Below the pieces are notes generated by a model, which was not told the origin of the DNA, ran no database searches, and saw only the letters and a list, made by a program, of their open reading frames with translations. 49,880 nucleotides of DNA, taken from positions 497,656 through 547,535 of the forward strand of contig CAVVCK010000002.1 in NCBI GenBank assembly GCA_963746775.1, written 5' to 3'. The translations under genes were made by a program, and so were the position numbers. This document shows positions 18,630 through 28,750 of this stretch, piece after piece. This DNA is from an uncultured bacterium. Its GTDB lineage: Bacteria; Patescibacteriota; JABMPQ01; CAVVCK01. The stretch's first letter is position 1, and each line of letters starts with the position of its first letter.

Positions 18630-20032
18630 TAAATTTTAAATAATTTTATTTCTAAAATGTCCTTAGAATTTTTATTAGCTTGAAATCTTCTATCGCCTCT
18701 ATACTCTCCAATCCAGGCAATTTCATCTTTATTATTAACAATTAGCGGAACTAGGTCTCTTTTATCTAAATCAATTTTCTTATTTATAAAAAAATCCTTA
18801 ATTTTTTGGCTACCCCCTAGACCTTGAGGATAAAATCTATCTCCTTTTCTTCTCGTTCTTATAAATAATTTTCTCCCTGTTTTACTCAAGTCGATATAAC
18901 ACCTATTTTTACTTATTCGACCACATCTGTCAACCTGCCTTGTTCTAAATTTTATATTAAATTTAGAAATTTCCGTCTCTCCATTTACTTTTAAACCTAT
19001 TTTTTTAAATACAGCTAACTGATTTTTTTTTCTTATTACTATCTTATCATAAATTTTTATAATTTCTATATCTTTAAGATATTTTTTTGATCCGCTCTTT
19101 GAATTCTGCAATAATATTAAAATTTCTTTAATAATTGGCAATGAAACTTCTTTGCAAAACTTTTCATTCAAAATATATTTTAATAATCTACGCTTTAGCG
19201 CTGGGTGCAGATTATTAAATTTTTTTAAATTAATTTTATATTCTTCTTTATCTTTTTTAACTAATTTTTTATATAGATCTTTAGTTAAATCTGAAATCAA
19301 ATCATTATCATCCTTAATTATATTAGAATTTTCAAATAAAATATTTTTTATATTCAAATTATAGTTTTTTTCTAAGCAAGGAATTAATTGGTGCCTTATT
19401 TTATTACGCCTAAATTTTATATCTTTATTCGTTTTATCTTCTCTGTACTCTATCTTATTTTTCTTCAAATAAGCTAATATTTCACTTTTATCAATATTTA
19501 AAAGCGGACGAATAATCTTATTATTTTCAATCTTCATCCCCGATAAACCCGATAATCCTGATCCTCTTAAAAAATGCATTAAAATAGTTTCTGCTTGATC
19601 ATCCTTATTATGAGCCACAACAATTCTATTAGCTTTTTCTAATTTTAAAATTTTATTAAAAAATTCATATCTAATTTCTCTAAAATATTCTTCTAGGTTT
19701 TTTGCGCAGGAACTCAATTCTCGGTACCGAGAATTGAGTTCCGACACGTCTTTTTTATAGCTTTCTGGTTTAATGTTTTTACAGTATAATTTGGTTCTAT
19801 ATTTTTTTGCTAAATTTCTTACGAATTGTTCGTCCAATAAAGAATCTTGTTCTCGAAAATTATAATTAACATGAGCTAAAATAATTTTTATACCCAATTT
19901 TTTTCTCAAAGAATACAAAATATTAAAAAGACAAACTGAGTCAGGCCCGCCAGAAATACCCAAAATAATTTTATTACCTTTTTTAATTAAATTATTTTCT
20001 TTAATTGTTTTTAGAACTTTTTCTTTTAACAT
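18629..20032 (-). CDS. tilS: tRNA(Ile)-lysidine synthase
   Basis: PP-loop GISGGPDS; 467 aa. It lies directly upstream of ftsH with a 1-nt overlap, the conserved tilS-ftsH neighbourhood. Confidence 0.85.
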   Translation of the reverse strand: MLKEKVLKTIKENNLIKKGNKIILGISGGPDSVCLFNILYSLRKKLGIKIILAHVNYNFREQDSLLDEQFVRNLAKKYRTKLYCKNIKPESYKKDVSELNSRYRELSSCAKNLEEYFREIRYEFFNKILKLEKANRIVVAHNKDDQAETILMHFLRGSGLSGLSGMKIENNKIIRPLLNIDKSEILAYLKKNKIEYREDKTNKDIKFRRNKIRHQLIPCLEKNYNLNIKNILFENSNIIKDDNDLISDLTKDLYKKLVKKDKEEYKINLKKFNNLHPALKRRLLKYILNEKFCKEVSLPIIKEILILLQNSKSGSKKYLKDIEIIKIYDKIVIRKKNQLAVFKKIGLKVNGETEISKFNIKFRTRQVDRCGRISKNRCYIDLSKTGRKLFIRTRRKGDRFYPQGLGGSQKIKDFFINKKIDLDKRDLVPLIVNNKDEIAWIGEYRGDRRFQANKNSKDILEIKLFKI

Positions 20033-20080
20033 AATAATTTTATCCCAAATTTTATATCTAACAACTATTTATAGTATTAT

Positions 20081-20107
20081 AAAAGCCCTTATTTTAAAAG
20101 GGCTTTT
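20081..20107. terminator. bidirectional hairpin terminator
   Basis: aaaagccctt / aagggctttt 10-bp stem with a 7-nt loop and A/T runs on both sides. Confidence 0.55.
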
Positions 20108-20194
20108 ATACTTTCTACTGCTTACCTTCTGGAAAGATAATCAATAGAAATGAGGGAAAAAAGAACAATCATTTTTTTAAGAAGGAGCTTATAA

Positions 20195-20365
20195 CCCAGC
20201 CCCCCTGGCGTGGATACGTGAGATTCTGGTGTTTCCCCGGGAGGAAGAAACATCATGAACCGAGGCACACATATACCACGCCAGGGGGGAGTGCTGGAGG
20301 AAAGAGGAGGAGAGGAAGAGAACGGGTACTCGCCTATGCAGGGAGGGGTTTTGCATAGAGAGTAC
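20195..20365. ncRNA. GC-rich structured element of unknown class
   Basis: CCAGC-CCCCCUGGCGUGG ... CCACGCCAGGGGGG-AGU-GCUGG forms a long stem that encloses UGUUUC-CC-GGGA-GG-AA-GAAACA. A purine-rich tract follows, then a second hairpin GUACUC..CUAUGCA/UGCAUAG..GAGUAC. Hand-counted GC is 30/60 and 36/60 on two lines against a far more AT-rich background. Confidence 0.4.
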
Positions 20366-20498
20366 TACGATAAAAAAACTTGTGAGTTTTGAATACTAAA
20401 TTAACACTCAAAACACAAAGGTCTTTATAATAAAAATGATCTAATGTATTAATCTGAGGACAAAAACTATATTCTGCCCTCTAAATCAATCAATTAAA

Positions 20499-21779
20499 TT
20501 ACTTTTTCTTCTCTTTTTTTACCTTTTTTACAGGCATTTTATCTTTTTTCTCAGCTTTCTTTTTTGACTTATCTGCTTTTTTATCCTTTTTCTCTTCTTT
20601 AACTGCTTTTTCATCATTAGCCTTTTCACTTAAAGCTTTAATAGATAAACCTAAGCGATGCTCTTCTGGCTCAATAGATAATATTTTGAACTCTCTTTTA
20701 TCACCCAGTTTAACTTCTTGTTTATCTTCACTTTTATCTTTGCTAGAAAACTCAGAAACATGCAAAAGCCCATGAATATCTTTATCTAATTGTATAAAAG
20801 CGCCAAAAGGTTCTATTTTAACTACTTCGCCTTTGACAACTTGTCCAACTTTATAGCTTTTTATAGCTTCTTGCCATGGGTCTTCCTTCAATTTTTTAAT
20901 ACTTAAGGTAATTTTGTTGTTATCTATGCCAATTATTTCAGCTTTAATGTTTTCACCTACTTTTACTATATTTCCCGGGTTATCTACACGTTTCCAAGAC
21001 AATTCAGAAATATGGATTAATCCTTCAAACTCATCTTCCATATTAGGTAATTTAAATTTTACAAAAGCACCAAAATCAACTACAGCCGTAATAACACCAT
21101 CTACAATATCGCCTACTTTAAGCTTATTCAACTTTTGCTTTTGTTTATCTAAAACTGCTTGTTTTTCTGAAACTATTACCTTTTTCTCCTTAACATCAGC
21201 TGTAATAATATTTACTTTCATTTTCTTACCAACAAAATCTTGTAATAAAGATAGTATTTGATGCTGATCGCCGCCTTCAACTTTTGGATAATGTTCCGGA
21301 GTTAACTGAGAAACTGGCATAAAGGCTGAAATTCCATATATTTTAGTTAAAAGACCGCCTTTATTAGCTCCTTGAACCTTTACATAAACACTTTCTCTTT
21401 TGTCTTTCTTCTCTATTAGCTCATCCCATATTTCCTTTTTGGTTGCTTTTCTAAAGGTAAGTTCAATGTCTCCTTCTTCATTATGCAACTCTAAAATAGT
21501 AGCTTCTATTTCATCGCCTACTTTTAAATCTGAATACGTATCCATTGTTTCCCATAGTTCTTCGCCTCTAATAACACCTATTCCATAAATACCTAAATCA
21601 ACCCGAATCTCATTTTTTGAAGATTCAATTACTTTTCCTTTGATTTTATTACCAATTTTAGGAATATCTTGAGTAGCAATAAAAGAAGCGAAAGATTTTA
21701 GTTCTTTTTCTTTTTCATCTTCTTCCTCTTTTACTTTTTCAGAAACTAGTTCATCAAGACTAGAATTTTTATTAGACAT
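20499..21779 (-). CDS. rpsA: 30S ribosomal protein S1 (four S1 domains, Lys-rich tail)
   Basis: Repeated S1/OB motifs (G..V.G.V..I...G.FV.L....G..H.SE) and a good AAGGAG SD 10 nt upstream. Confidence 0.85.
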   Translation of the reverse strand: MSNKNSSLDELVSEKVKEEEDEKEKELKSFASFIATQDIPKIGNKIKGKVIESSKNEIRVDLGIYGIGVIRGEELWETMDTYSDLKVGDEIEATILELHNEEGDIELTFRKATKKEIWDELIEKKDKRESVYVKVQGANKGGLLTKIYGISAFMPVSQLTPEHYPKVEGGDQHQILSLLQDFVGKKMKVNIITADVKEKKVIVSEKQAVLDKQKQKLNKLKVGDIVDGVITAVVDFGAFVKFKLPNMEDEFEGLIHISELSWKRVDNPGNIVKVGENIKAEIIGIDNNKITLSIKKLKEDPWQEAIKSYKVGQVVKGEVVKIEPFGAFIQLDKDIHGLLHVSEFSSKDKSEDKQEVKLGDKREFKILSIEPEEHRLGLSIKALSEKANDEKAVKEEKKDKKADKSKKKAEKKDKMPVKKVKKEKKK

Positions 21780-22089
21780 TAAAAAAAATCTCCTTTCTTA
21801 TGTTTTTTAGTACAAAGAAATTCTTGAAAAAAGAATCTTGTACCTTGAATTAATATAATATTAATTTATTTATAAAAATTTGCAAGAGAAAAAAAATCAC
21901 AAGAACATAAAAATCCGCCTCTATCGGCAGATCCGCTGTCAGAGGCGAACAAAATAACATAAAAACAAACTTTTTTATCTATTTGTTTTTAAGTTTTAAT
22001 GCTTTAATGTTTTAATAATAAAGTTTTTCTCTTGATGAAGTCATAATCCAGTGTTAAGATAAACATATAAATTAATAAGAAATTACAAA

Positions 22090-22728
22090 ATGCATATTAG
22101 TTGGCATGGCCAATCTTGTTTTAAAATACAAGGAAAAGATGTTATTCTAATTACTGATCCACCTAATAAAAAAGTAGGTGTAAATTCTCCTAAAACTAAA
22201 GCTGATATTGTCACTATCAGTCATAATCATCTTTCTCATAATAATGTTAATGGTATCAAAGAAAAACCTACCATAATTGATACCCCCGGAGAATTTAATG
22301 TTAAAGGAGTAAATATATACGGAATTTCCAGCTTCCATGATAATAAAGAAGGTGCAGAATTAGGCCTTAATAATATTTTTGTATTTGAAATAGATAAAAT
22401 AAAAATATGCCATTTAGGAGACTTGGGCCATATGCTATCTGATGAACAAATTGAAATAATTGATGGGATAGATATCTTAATGATTCCTGTGGGTGAAACA
22501 AATTTAATCAGCATAAAAGAAGTCATGGAAATAATTAATACCATTGAACCTAAAATAATTATTCCTATGCATTATCAGGTAAAAGGTTTAGAAAATAAGC
22601 TTTCTCCTTTATCTAAATTTACTGAAGAAATGAGCTTAAAATCTAAAAAAGCCATTCCAAAATTAGTTATAAAATATAAAGATTTACCTACGACCGAAAC
22701 AGAAGTGGTTATTTTAGAAAAAAGATAG
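22090..22728 (+). CDS. metallo-beta-lactamase-fold hydrolase (UPF0173-like)
   Basis: MHISWHGQSCFKI...TISHNHLSH...LGDLGH...PMHY; 212 aa. Confidence 0.7.
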   Translation: MHISWHGQSCFKIQGKDVILITDPPNKKVGVNSPKTKADIVTISHNHLSHNNVNGIKEKPTIIDTPGEFNVKGVNIYGISSFHDNKEGAELGLNNIFVFEIDKIKICHLGDLGHMLSDEQIEIIDGIDILMIPVGETNLISIKEVMEIINTIEPKIIIPMHYQVKGLENKLSPLSKFTEEMSLKSKKAIPKLVIKYKDLPTTETEVVILEKR

Positions 22729-22742
22729 TCGATGTTAATATT

Positions 22743-22843
22743 TCGATGCTAATATACTAATATATACGAATTATACGAATAAATTATTAGTATTATTAGC
22801 ATTAATTCGTATATTAGAATCGGGATAGGTATATTAGTATCGA
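22743..22843 (+). repeat. MITE-like element with 15-bp terminal inverted repeats
   Basis: The left end tcgatgctaatatac and right end gtatattagtatcga agree at 14 of 15 positions as reverse complements. The interior is built from tacgaat / attagta words. Confidence 0.6.
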
Positions 22844-22845
22844 AC

Positions 22846-23163
22846 ATGAATAATTTAGTTAAAAATCTAAGGAATCAACCTTTAAAAACAAGGAAGAAAA
22901 TAATGTGGGTTTGTGTTTCTGCTTGTGCTTTATTTGTTTTTCTCTTTTGGCTATTTTTAATACCACACGAATCAACTAATAAAAATACTTCTTCTCTAAA
23001 TTTTAAAGATATAAAAAAAGGAGTGAGTGAAAGAATCGATAAATCTGGGTTAAAGAATATCACTGGCGAAATAAAAAAGGCGACTGAGAATATAAGTAAG
23101 CCAGATATAGAAGATGAAATTAAAGAAAACAAAGTTCCTAGATTGCCTTTAGAGATAGAATAA
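22846..23163 (+). CDS. small single-pass membrane protein
   Basis: 105 aa with a TM segment IMWVCVSACALFVFLFWLFLI. No homology recognised. Confidence 0.4.
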   Translation: MNNLVKNLRNQPLKTRKKIMWVCVSACALFVFLFWLFLIPHESTNKNTSSLNFKDIKKGVSERIDKSGLKNITGEIKKATENISKPDIEDEIKENKVPRLPLEIE

Positions 23164-23276
23164 GTGAACTGGTCATTAGACATCAGTAATTTATATAATA
23201 AATTTAGATTTCTAATTACAAATATCTAATGACTAATATTATTGTTATTTTTTTAATTTATTAAACTATTAAATAA

Positions 23277-25706
23277 ATGGAATTAGGCTATATAAAACCA
23301 AGAAAAATTGTCGATGAGATGAAAGAATCTTATTTAGATTATGCTATGAGCGTAATTGTTTCCCGTGCCCTGCCTGATGTTCGTGATGGATTGAAACCAG
23401 TTCACAGAAAAATACTTTATGCTATGTGGGATGTCGGTTTGAAAAGCAGCGCTAAATATAGAAAATCAGCTACTGTGGTTGGTGAGGTACTGGGTAAATA
23501 CCATCCTCATGGTGATATTGCTGTTTATGACTCTTTGGTTCGTATGGCCCAAGATTTCTCTATGCGCTATACCTTGATTGACGGACAAGGTAATTTTGGT
23601 TCTATGGACGGCGATAGTGCCGCTGCTATGCGTTATACCGAATGTAAAATGGATAAAATTGCTGAAGAAATGATGCTTGATATTGATAAAGAAACAGTTA
23701 ATTTTACAGATAATTATGATCAAACGCATAAAGAACCAACCGTCCTACCAGCCAAGCTTCCTAATACACTTTTAAACGGCACTATGGGTATTGCTGTCGG
23801 TATGGCTACTAATATTCCTCCTCACAATTTAGGTGAGTTAATTGATGGCATTACCTATTTAATTGATAATCCTAAGGCAGTAGTTGAAGATTTAATGCAA
23901 TTTGTTAAAGGACCAGACTTTCCGACTGGCGGTATTATTTTTGACAAAGAAGCTATCACTTCCGCCTATACTACTGGTAAAGGCCCAATTTTAATGAGAT
24001 CAAAAGCCGATATAGTTGAGAGAAAAGAAGGACAATTTAATATTGTTGTTACAGAAATTCCTTACCAAGTGAATAAATCTACTTTGATTGAAAAAATTGC
24101 TCAATTAGTAACAGATAAAAAAATAGATGGCATTCGAGATGTTCGTGATGAATCCGATAAAGATGGAGTAAGAATTGTAATTGAGCTTAGAAAAGATGCC
24201 TTTCCCAAAAAAGTTTTAAACAGACTTTATAATTTAACACAGCTCCAAGACAAATTTTATGTAAATATGCTGGCTTTAGTTGATGGTATACAGCCTCGAG
24301 TGTTAAATTTGAAGCAAATTTTGGAATATTATATAGAACACAGACAAAACATTGTAGTTAGAAGAACTAAATATGATTTAAAGAAAGCCAAGGAAAGAGA
24401 ACATATTTTAGAAGGTTTAAGTAAAGCCCTAGATCATATAGATGAAGTAATAGCTATTATTAAAAAATCCAAATCAAGAGATGATGCTAGAAATAATTTA
24501 ATCAAGAAATTTAAATTTACTAAAATTCAAGCAGAAGCTATTTTAGATATGAGACTAGCTCAATTAGCTGCCCTGGAGAGAAAAAAAATAGAAGATGAAT
24601 TAAAAGCTATTAAACAATTAATCAAGGAGTTAGAAGCTATTCTGCAAAGCAAACAAAGAATTCTAAATATTATCAAAGATGAATTGGCTGATTTAAAAGA
24701 AAGATTTGCTGATGAGCGAAGAACAAAGGTTATACCTGGCAAAGCAGATGAATTTGTTCCAGAAGATTTAATTGCTAAGGAAGATGTCATAATAACTCTA
24801 ACCAGAGGTGGCTATATCAAGTCTCTCCCTCCTTCAACTTACAAATCACAAGGTAGAGGCGGTAAAGGAATTATCGGCATGGCTACCAAAGAAGAAGATG
24901 TGGTAGAAAATTTCTTTATGGCTAGCACACACAGTGATATTTTATTCTTTACTGATTCTGGCCGAGTATTTCAGTTAAAAGCATACGAGGTACCTCAATC
25001 AGGAAGAACTGCAAAAGGTAATTCAATTGTCAATTTCCTACAATTATCACCTAATGAAAAAGTAACCGCTCTGATTGCCCTAGATAATCACAATGCAAAA
25101 TATTTAGTTATGGCTACAGAGAATGGTTTAATCAAGAAAGTAAAAACTGAAGATTTTGCCAAAGTAAGAAGATCAGGTTTAATAGCGATAAAACTTAAGA
25201 AAGATGATACACTTGATTGGGTTAAACCAACTTCTGGTAAAGATGAACTTATGATAGTAACAAAATTGGGCCAATCGATAAAATTTGATGAAACAAAAGT
25301 TAGACCTATGGGCAGAACGTCTATGGGAGTAAGAAGTATTAGATTAAAAAATGACGATAAAATAGTTGGTATGGATGTTATAGATCAAGAATTAAAAAAC
25401 AAAAAACCAACCCTTATGATTATTACTGAAAATGGCTATGGTAAAAAAACCGATTTAAAATATTATAAGAAACAAGGCCGAGGAGGTTCTGGTATTAAAA
25501 CGGCTAAAGTAACTACTAAGAATGGTGATATTGTTAGAGCCCAAGTAGTAACTGAAGACGATAAAGAGATTATAGTAGTTTCCGGCAAAGGCCAAGTTAT
25601 TAGAATGTCACTAAAAGGAATTCCTAATCTAGGCCGAGCAACCCAAGGGGTAAGAGTTATGAGATTAAAAACTGGCGATAAAGTAGCTAGTATTGCGTGT
25701 ATCTAG
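23277..25706 (+). CDS. gyrA: DNA gyrase subunit A
   Basis: [29 protein letters not shown], the active-site region AAMRYTE, and the C-terminal beta-pinwheel; 809 aa. Confidence 0.97.
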   Translation: MELGYIKPRKIVDEMKESYLDYAMSVIVSRALPDVRDGLKPVHRKILYAMWDVGLKSSAKYRKSATVVGEVLGKYHPHGDIAVYDSLVRMAQDFSMRYTLIDGQGNFGSMDGDSAAAMRYTECKMDKIAEEMMLDIDKETVNFTDNYDQTHKEPTVLPAKLPNTLLNGTMGIAVGMATNIPPHNLGELIDGITYLIDNPKAVVEDLMQFVKGPDFPTGGIIFDKEAITSAYTTGKGPILMRSKADIVERKEGQFNIVVTEIPYQVNKSTLIEKIAQLVTDKKIDGIRDVRDESDKDGVRIVIELRKDAFPKKVLNRLYNLTQLQDKFYVNMLALVDGIQPRVLNLKQILEYYIEHRQNIVVRRTKYDLKKAKEREHILEGLSKALDHIDEVIAIIKKSKSRDDARNNLIKKFKFTKIQAEAILDMRLAQLAALERKKIEDELKAIKQLIKELEAILQSKQRILNIIKDELADLKERFADERRTKVIPGKADEFVPEDLIAKEDVIITLTRGGYIKSLPPSTYKSQGRGGKGIIGMATKEEDVVENFFMASTHSDILFFTDSGRVFQLKAYEVPQSGRTAKGNSIVNFLQLSPNEKVTALIALDNHNAKYLVMATENGLIKKVKTEDFAKVRRSGLIAIKLKKDDTLDWVKPTSGKDELMIVTKLGQSIKFDETKVRPMGRTSMGVRSIRLKNDDKIVGMDVIDQELKNKKPTLMIITENGYGKKTDLKYYKKQGRGGSGIKTAKVTTKNGDIVRAQVVTEDDKEIIVVSGKGQVIRMSLKGIPNLGRATQGVRVMRLKTGDKVASIACI

Positions 25707-25921
25707 TTTCAGCTTTTATTTATAAAAAGCTTGAAATTTTATAAACAACAGCTATAATTCCTAATTCCTAAAGATTAATAAAATATTAAATATTTATATT
25801 ATTTAATATTTTATTAGAAATTGGTTATTGAAAATTGGTAATTTTGGAGTAAAATCTAATCCATAAAATAATAAATACCTAAGGATAAACTTTTATTAAA
25901 TAAACATTTAAACATACCAAC

Positions 25922-26164
25922 ATGCCTATCCCCAAAAGAAGAACAACTAGCTCCTCAAGAGGACAGCGAAGAAGCCATGATGCTTTGAAAAAAATTAGCC
26001 TAACTACTTGCCCCAAATGCAAAGAAGTTATCCTACCTCATAGAGTTTGTGAAAAATGCGGTACATATAGAGGTAAACAAGTACTTGAAATAAAGAGTAA
26101 AGAAGATAAAAAGAGTAAAAGTAAAGATAATAGAAAGAGGGAGTCAGAGAAAAAACAAAAATAG
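25922..26164 (+). CDS. rpmF: 50S ribosomal protein L32 with Lys-rich C-terminal extension
   Basis: MPIPKRRTTSSSRGQRRSHDAL...CPKC...HRVCEKCG. Confidence 0.9.
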   Translation: MPIPKRRTTSSSRGQRRSHDALKKISLTTCPKCKEVILPHRVCEKCGTYRGKQVLEIKSKEDKKSKSKDNRKRESEKKQK

Positions 26165-26305
26165 TTTGTCATTAGACATTTAATCATTTAAAATTCATTG
26201 GAAATTAGGTATTAGATATTTGAAATTTTGAAACGTTTTGTAAAAGATCAAATTTTAAACTTTTTAAGCTATTATAAATATCTCTAATTATTTAATATTA
26301 CCAAC

Positions 26306-26725
26306 ATGTCCAATCGCCATCTTCTACGTACTGTCGCCATGCAAACTCTTTACGAGTGGGATTTTTACAAACGAGACAACAAAAGAATTGATGAGTTCAT
26401 AAAACAAAATATGCAGGAATTTACTAAGAGCCAGGATGGTGCAGATTTTGTTAAAGAGGAGATAGAAGGTGTTTTAAAAGAAGTGAAAAATATTGATCAG
26501 GTAATAACCAAAGCAGCTCCAGATTGGCCATTGGAGCAAATAGCCATGGTTGATAGAAATATTTTAAGACTTGGAGTTTATGAATTATTATTTGCTGAGG
26601 ATATTCCGCCAAAAGTAGCTATTAATGAAGCTATTGAACTTGGTAAATCTTTTGGAGGTAAATCTTCTGGTAAATTTATTAATGGTGTATTAGGTGGTAT
26701 ATTTAAAAATATGCCTCAGAAATAG
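26306..26725 (+). CDS. nusB: transcription antitermination factor NusB
   Basis: 139 aa with [13 protein letters not shown]...[14 protein letters not shown]...[15 protein letters not shown]. Confidence 0.9.
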   Translation: MSNRHLLRTVAMQTLYEWDFYKRDNKRIDEFIKQNMQEFTKSQDGADFVKEEIEGVLKEVKNIDQVITKAAPDWPLEQIAMVDRNILRLGVYELLFAEDIPPKVAINEAIELGKSFGGKSSGKFINGVLGGIFKNMPQK

Positions 26726-26855
26726 CCAAAGACTATAAATTACTTATCCGCATTATCCGCCAAATCTGCTTAATCCGTTATCACTACAAATAATGTATAA
26801 TGCGGATATAGTAGATTATGTGAAGAAAAAAAATAATGCACTAACATAATAATAT

Positions 26856-27569
26856 ATGAAAAGTGAAGAAGATTTTGCCAAATTAGAAGAAAAAATAGGT
26901 GTTAAATTTAAAAATTTAGACCTATTAAAACAAGCCTACGTGCATCGTTCTTATTTAAACGAACACCGAGATTTTTATCTAAAGCATAATGAAAGATTAG
27001 AATTTCTGGGTGATGCAGTTATGGAATTGGTGGTTACTGAATTTTTATATAAAAACTATCCTAATCCAGAAGGAGAATTAACTAACTGGCGTGCTGCCCT
27101 AGTAAATACCCAAATGATTTCCAAACAAGCACAAAGGCTAGGTTTTAATGATTATTTGCTTCTTAGTCGAGGGGAATCCAAAGATATGGGCAAGGCTCGT
27201 GAAATAATTTTAGCTAATTCTTTTGAAGCTACTATTGGCGCAATTTATCTTGATCAAGGATATGATAAAGCCAATGAATTTATTTCTAATAATTTGATCG
27301 GAGAGCTGCCTGATATAATTAAAGAAGAACTATATCTAGATCCTAAAAGCAAGCTTCAAGAAGCAGCCCAAGATAAATTAAATATTACACCTACTTACAA
27401 AGTGGAAAAAGAATGGGGACCAGATCATGCTAGACAATTTATTATTGGCGTATATCTAGATAATAATAAAGTGGGAGAAGGAGAAGGATCAAGTAAACAT
27501 GAGGCGCAAATAGCTGCAGCTAAAGATGGATTAGAGAAAGATAAATGGGAGAAGGTTTTTGAAAAATAG
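26856..27569 (+). CDS. rnc: ribonuclease III
   Basis: RNase III signature NERLEFLGDAV plus a C-terminal dsRBD (GPDHARQF...G.GSSK.EAQ..AA). Confidence 0.95.
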   Translation: MKSEEDFAKLEEKIGVKFKNLDLLKQAYVHRSYLNEHRDFYLKHNERLEFLGDAVMELVVTEFLYKNYPNPEGELTNWRAALVNTQMISKQAQRLGFNDYLLLSRGESKDMGKAREIILANSFEATIGAIYLDQGYDKANEFISNNLIGELPDIIKEELYLDPKSKLQEAAQDKLNITPTYKVEKEWGPDHARQFIIGVYLDNNKVGEGEGSSKHEAQIAAAKDGLEKDKWEKVFEK

Positions 27570-27626
27570 AGTTTTAAAATTATAGAAATATAAAAATAAA
27601 ATAATATAAAAATAGAGCTAGTTTAT

Positions 27627-27662
27627 AAAAAAACCGATACCCTATAGGGTATCGGTTTTTTT
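27627..27662. terminator. bidirectional intrinsic terminator
   Basis: The palindrome ccgataccctatagggtatcgg (27634-27655) is flanked by an A-run and a T-run, between the convergent rnc gene and the orphan operon. Confidence 0.75.
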
Positions 27663-27685
27663 ATTTTTATATTTAACCTTTTTAT

Positions 27686-28207
27686 TTATTCTTGCTCTTG
27701 TAATACCCTTGCTATAGTATCAGTTACTTCATCTACACTTCCAGTAGCATTAATTCTTAGTCCTGTTTCCATCCCTGAACGTTCAGCCATTACTCGGCGT
27801 GCTTCTTCGTTTGTAATATTTCCAGATTCAAGTAAAGCTGAAATTATTCTATCTCTTAACCCGCTGTCATTAATTTGCAAAGTAATAGGAAATTCATTTC
27901 TTCCTTCATCATTATCTGCTTTTTCTCCATATTCATCCATGGCAGTATTAATTTCTGCCTGAGTGGCACTGGCACATCCTCCCATTGCTATACATGATAA
28001 AGCTATTGCTAAACTTCTTTTACTACTTTCCATAGTACCTTTTAATATTTCTGCTACACCTTTTCCAACTTTCTCACCATACTCACTCAATTTTCTAAGA
28101 AATTGCCCTGCTTCTCTATCTGCTCTTCCTGTTAATTCATTAGCATATCTTTCTACTTCAGCTTCACCTGCTTCTGCTTCTAAATTTGGTTGTCGTTCCG
28201 TATTCAT
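27686..28207 (-). CDS. hypothetical protein with internal lipoprotein-like signal
   Basis: 173 aa. An acidic 58-aa N-terminus is followed by MESSKRSLAIALSCIAMGGCASA (hydrophobic segment plus a lipobox-like GGC). The alternative start at 28033 would give a classical lipoprotein. Confidence 0.5.
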   Translation of the reverse strand: MNTERQPNLEAEAGEAEVERYANELTGRADREAGQFLRKLSEYGEKVGKGVAEILKGTMESSKRSLAIALSCIAMGGCASATQAEINTAMDEYGEKADNDEGRNEFPITLQINDSGLRDRIISALLESGNITNEEARRVMAERSGMETGLRINATGSVDEVTDTIARVLQEQE

Positions 28208-28241
28208 ATTTTTAATTTAATTATTAATTAAAATACTTACT

Positions 28242-28373
28242 CTATTTATCTTTATTCTTTTCCTTCATTTTTTCAAAAATTTTCCTTAATATTCCTATTT
28301 TCTTTTCAAATACAGCATAAACTTTATCCATTTGCTTCTTTTTTTCTTCTGTCGAAGAATTTTGATCTGGCAT
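28242..28373 (-). CDS. 43-aa Lys/Glu-rich micro-ORF
   Basis: My translation is MPDQNSSTEEKKKQMDKVYAVFEKKIGILRKIFEKMKEKNKDK. It fills the gap between two operon genes, and that is the only support. Confidence 0.25.
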   Translation of the reverse strand: MPDQNSSTEEKKKQMDKVYAVFEKKIGILRKIFEKMKEKNKDK

Positions 28374-28394
28374 TTTTTTATTTATTAATTATTA

Positions 28395-28742
28395 TTATTT
28401 AGAATTTGCTAATTTTTTTAATAGGTCCCTTATTTCATTAAAATTCTCGTCAAGTACCCTGCCTATATCCTTTGCTTCTGATTCTATTTCTAAAACAGTA
28501 GTTTCATTAAATATTTTTAATGCTTCATCATAATTACCATTATCAACTGCATCTCTAAATTTAGCTAAAACTGCGTCTTTTTCTGATTGTGTATGTAAAG
28601 TTTTAACTATAAATCCAGGTAATCTATCAATTAACATTCTTAATTCACCTTTCCATGTTTCTATGTCACTTTCACTAGGTTCAAAATCCTCTTCTTTTCG
28701 AAATCTTGCTTGTATTTCATCAGCCCATGGTAATATATCCAC
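28395..28742 (-). CDS. hypothetical acidic helical protein
   Basis: 115 aa with no TM or signal. It ends 8 nt from the stop of the upstream 846-aa ORF. Confidence 0.5.
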   Translation of the reverse strand: MDILPWADEIQARFRKEEDFEPSESDIETWKGELRMLIDRLPGFIVKTLHTQSEKDAVLAKFRDAVDNGNYDEALKIFNETTVLEIESEAKDIGRVLDENFNEIRDLLKKLANSK

Positions 28743-28750
28743 TGTCTTAT

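Noticed and set aside
20195-20297. Annotating the GC-rich rod as SRP (4.5S) RNA, or the GGAGGAAAG tract as RNase P P4
   Set aside because: The tip resembles CC-GGAA-GG-AAGCAGC, but the stem below is fully paired, so the conserved symmetric and asymmetric loops bound by Ffh are missing. The element is far too short for RNase P and lacks the ACAGAA..GGCUUA strand.
23172-23232. GTCATTAGACAT recurring after the stops at 23163 and 26164 (and a related word at 35408) as another mobile repeat family
   Set aside because: Only about 12 nt are shared. At 23172-23232 the word is simply one arm of a local terminator-like hairpin (gtcattaga...tctaatgac). The evidence for a family is insufficient.
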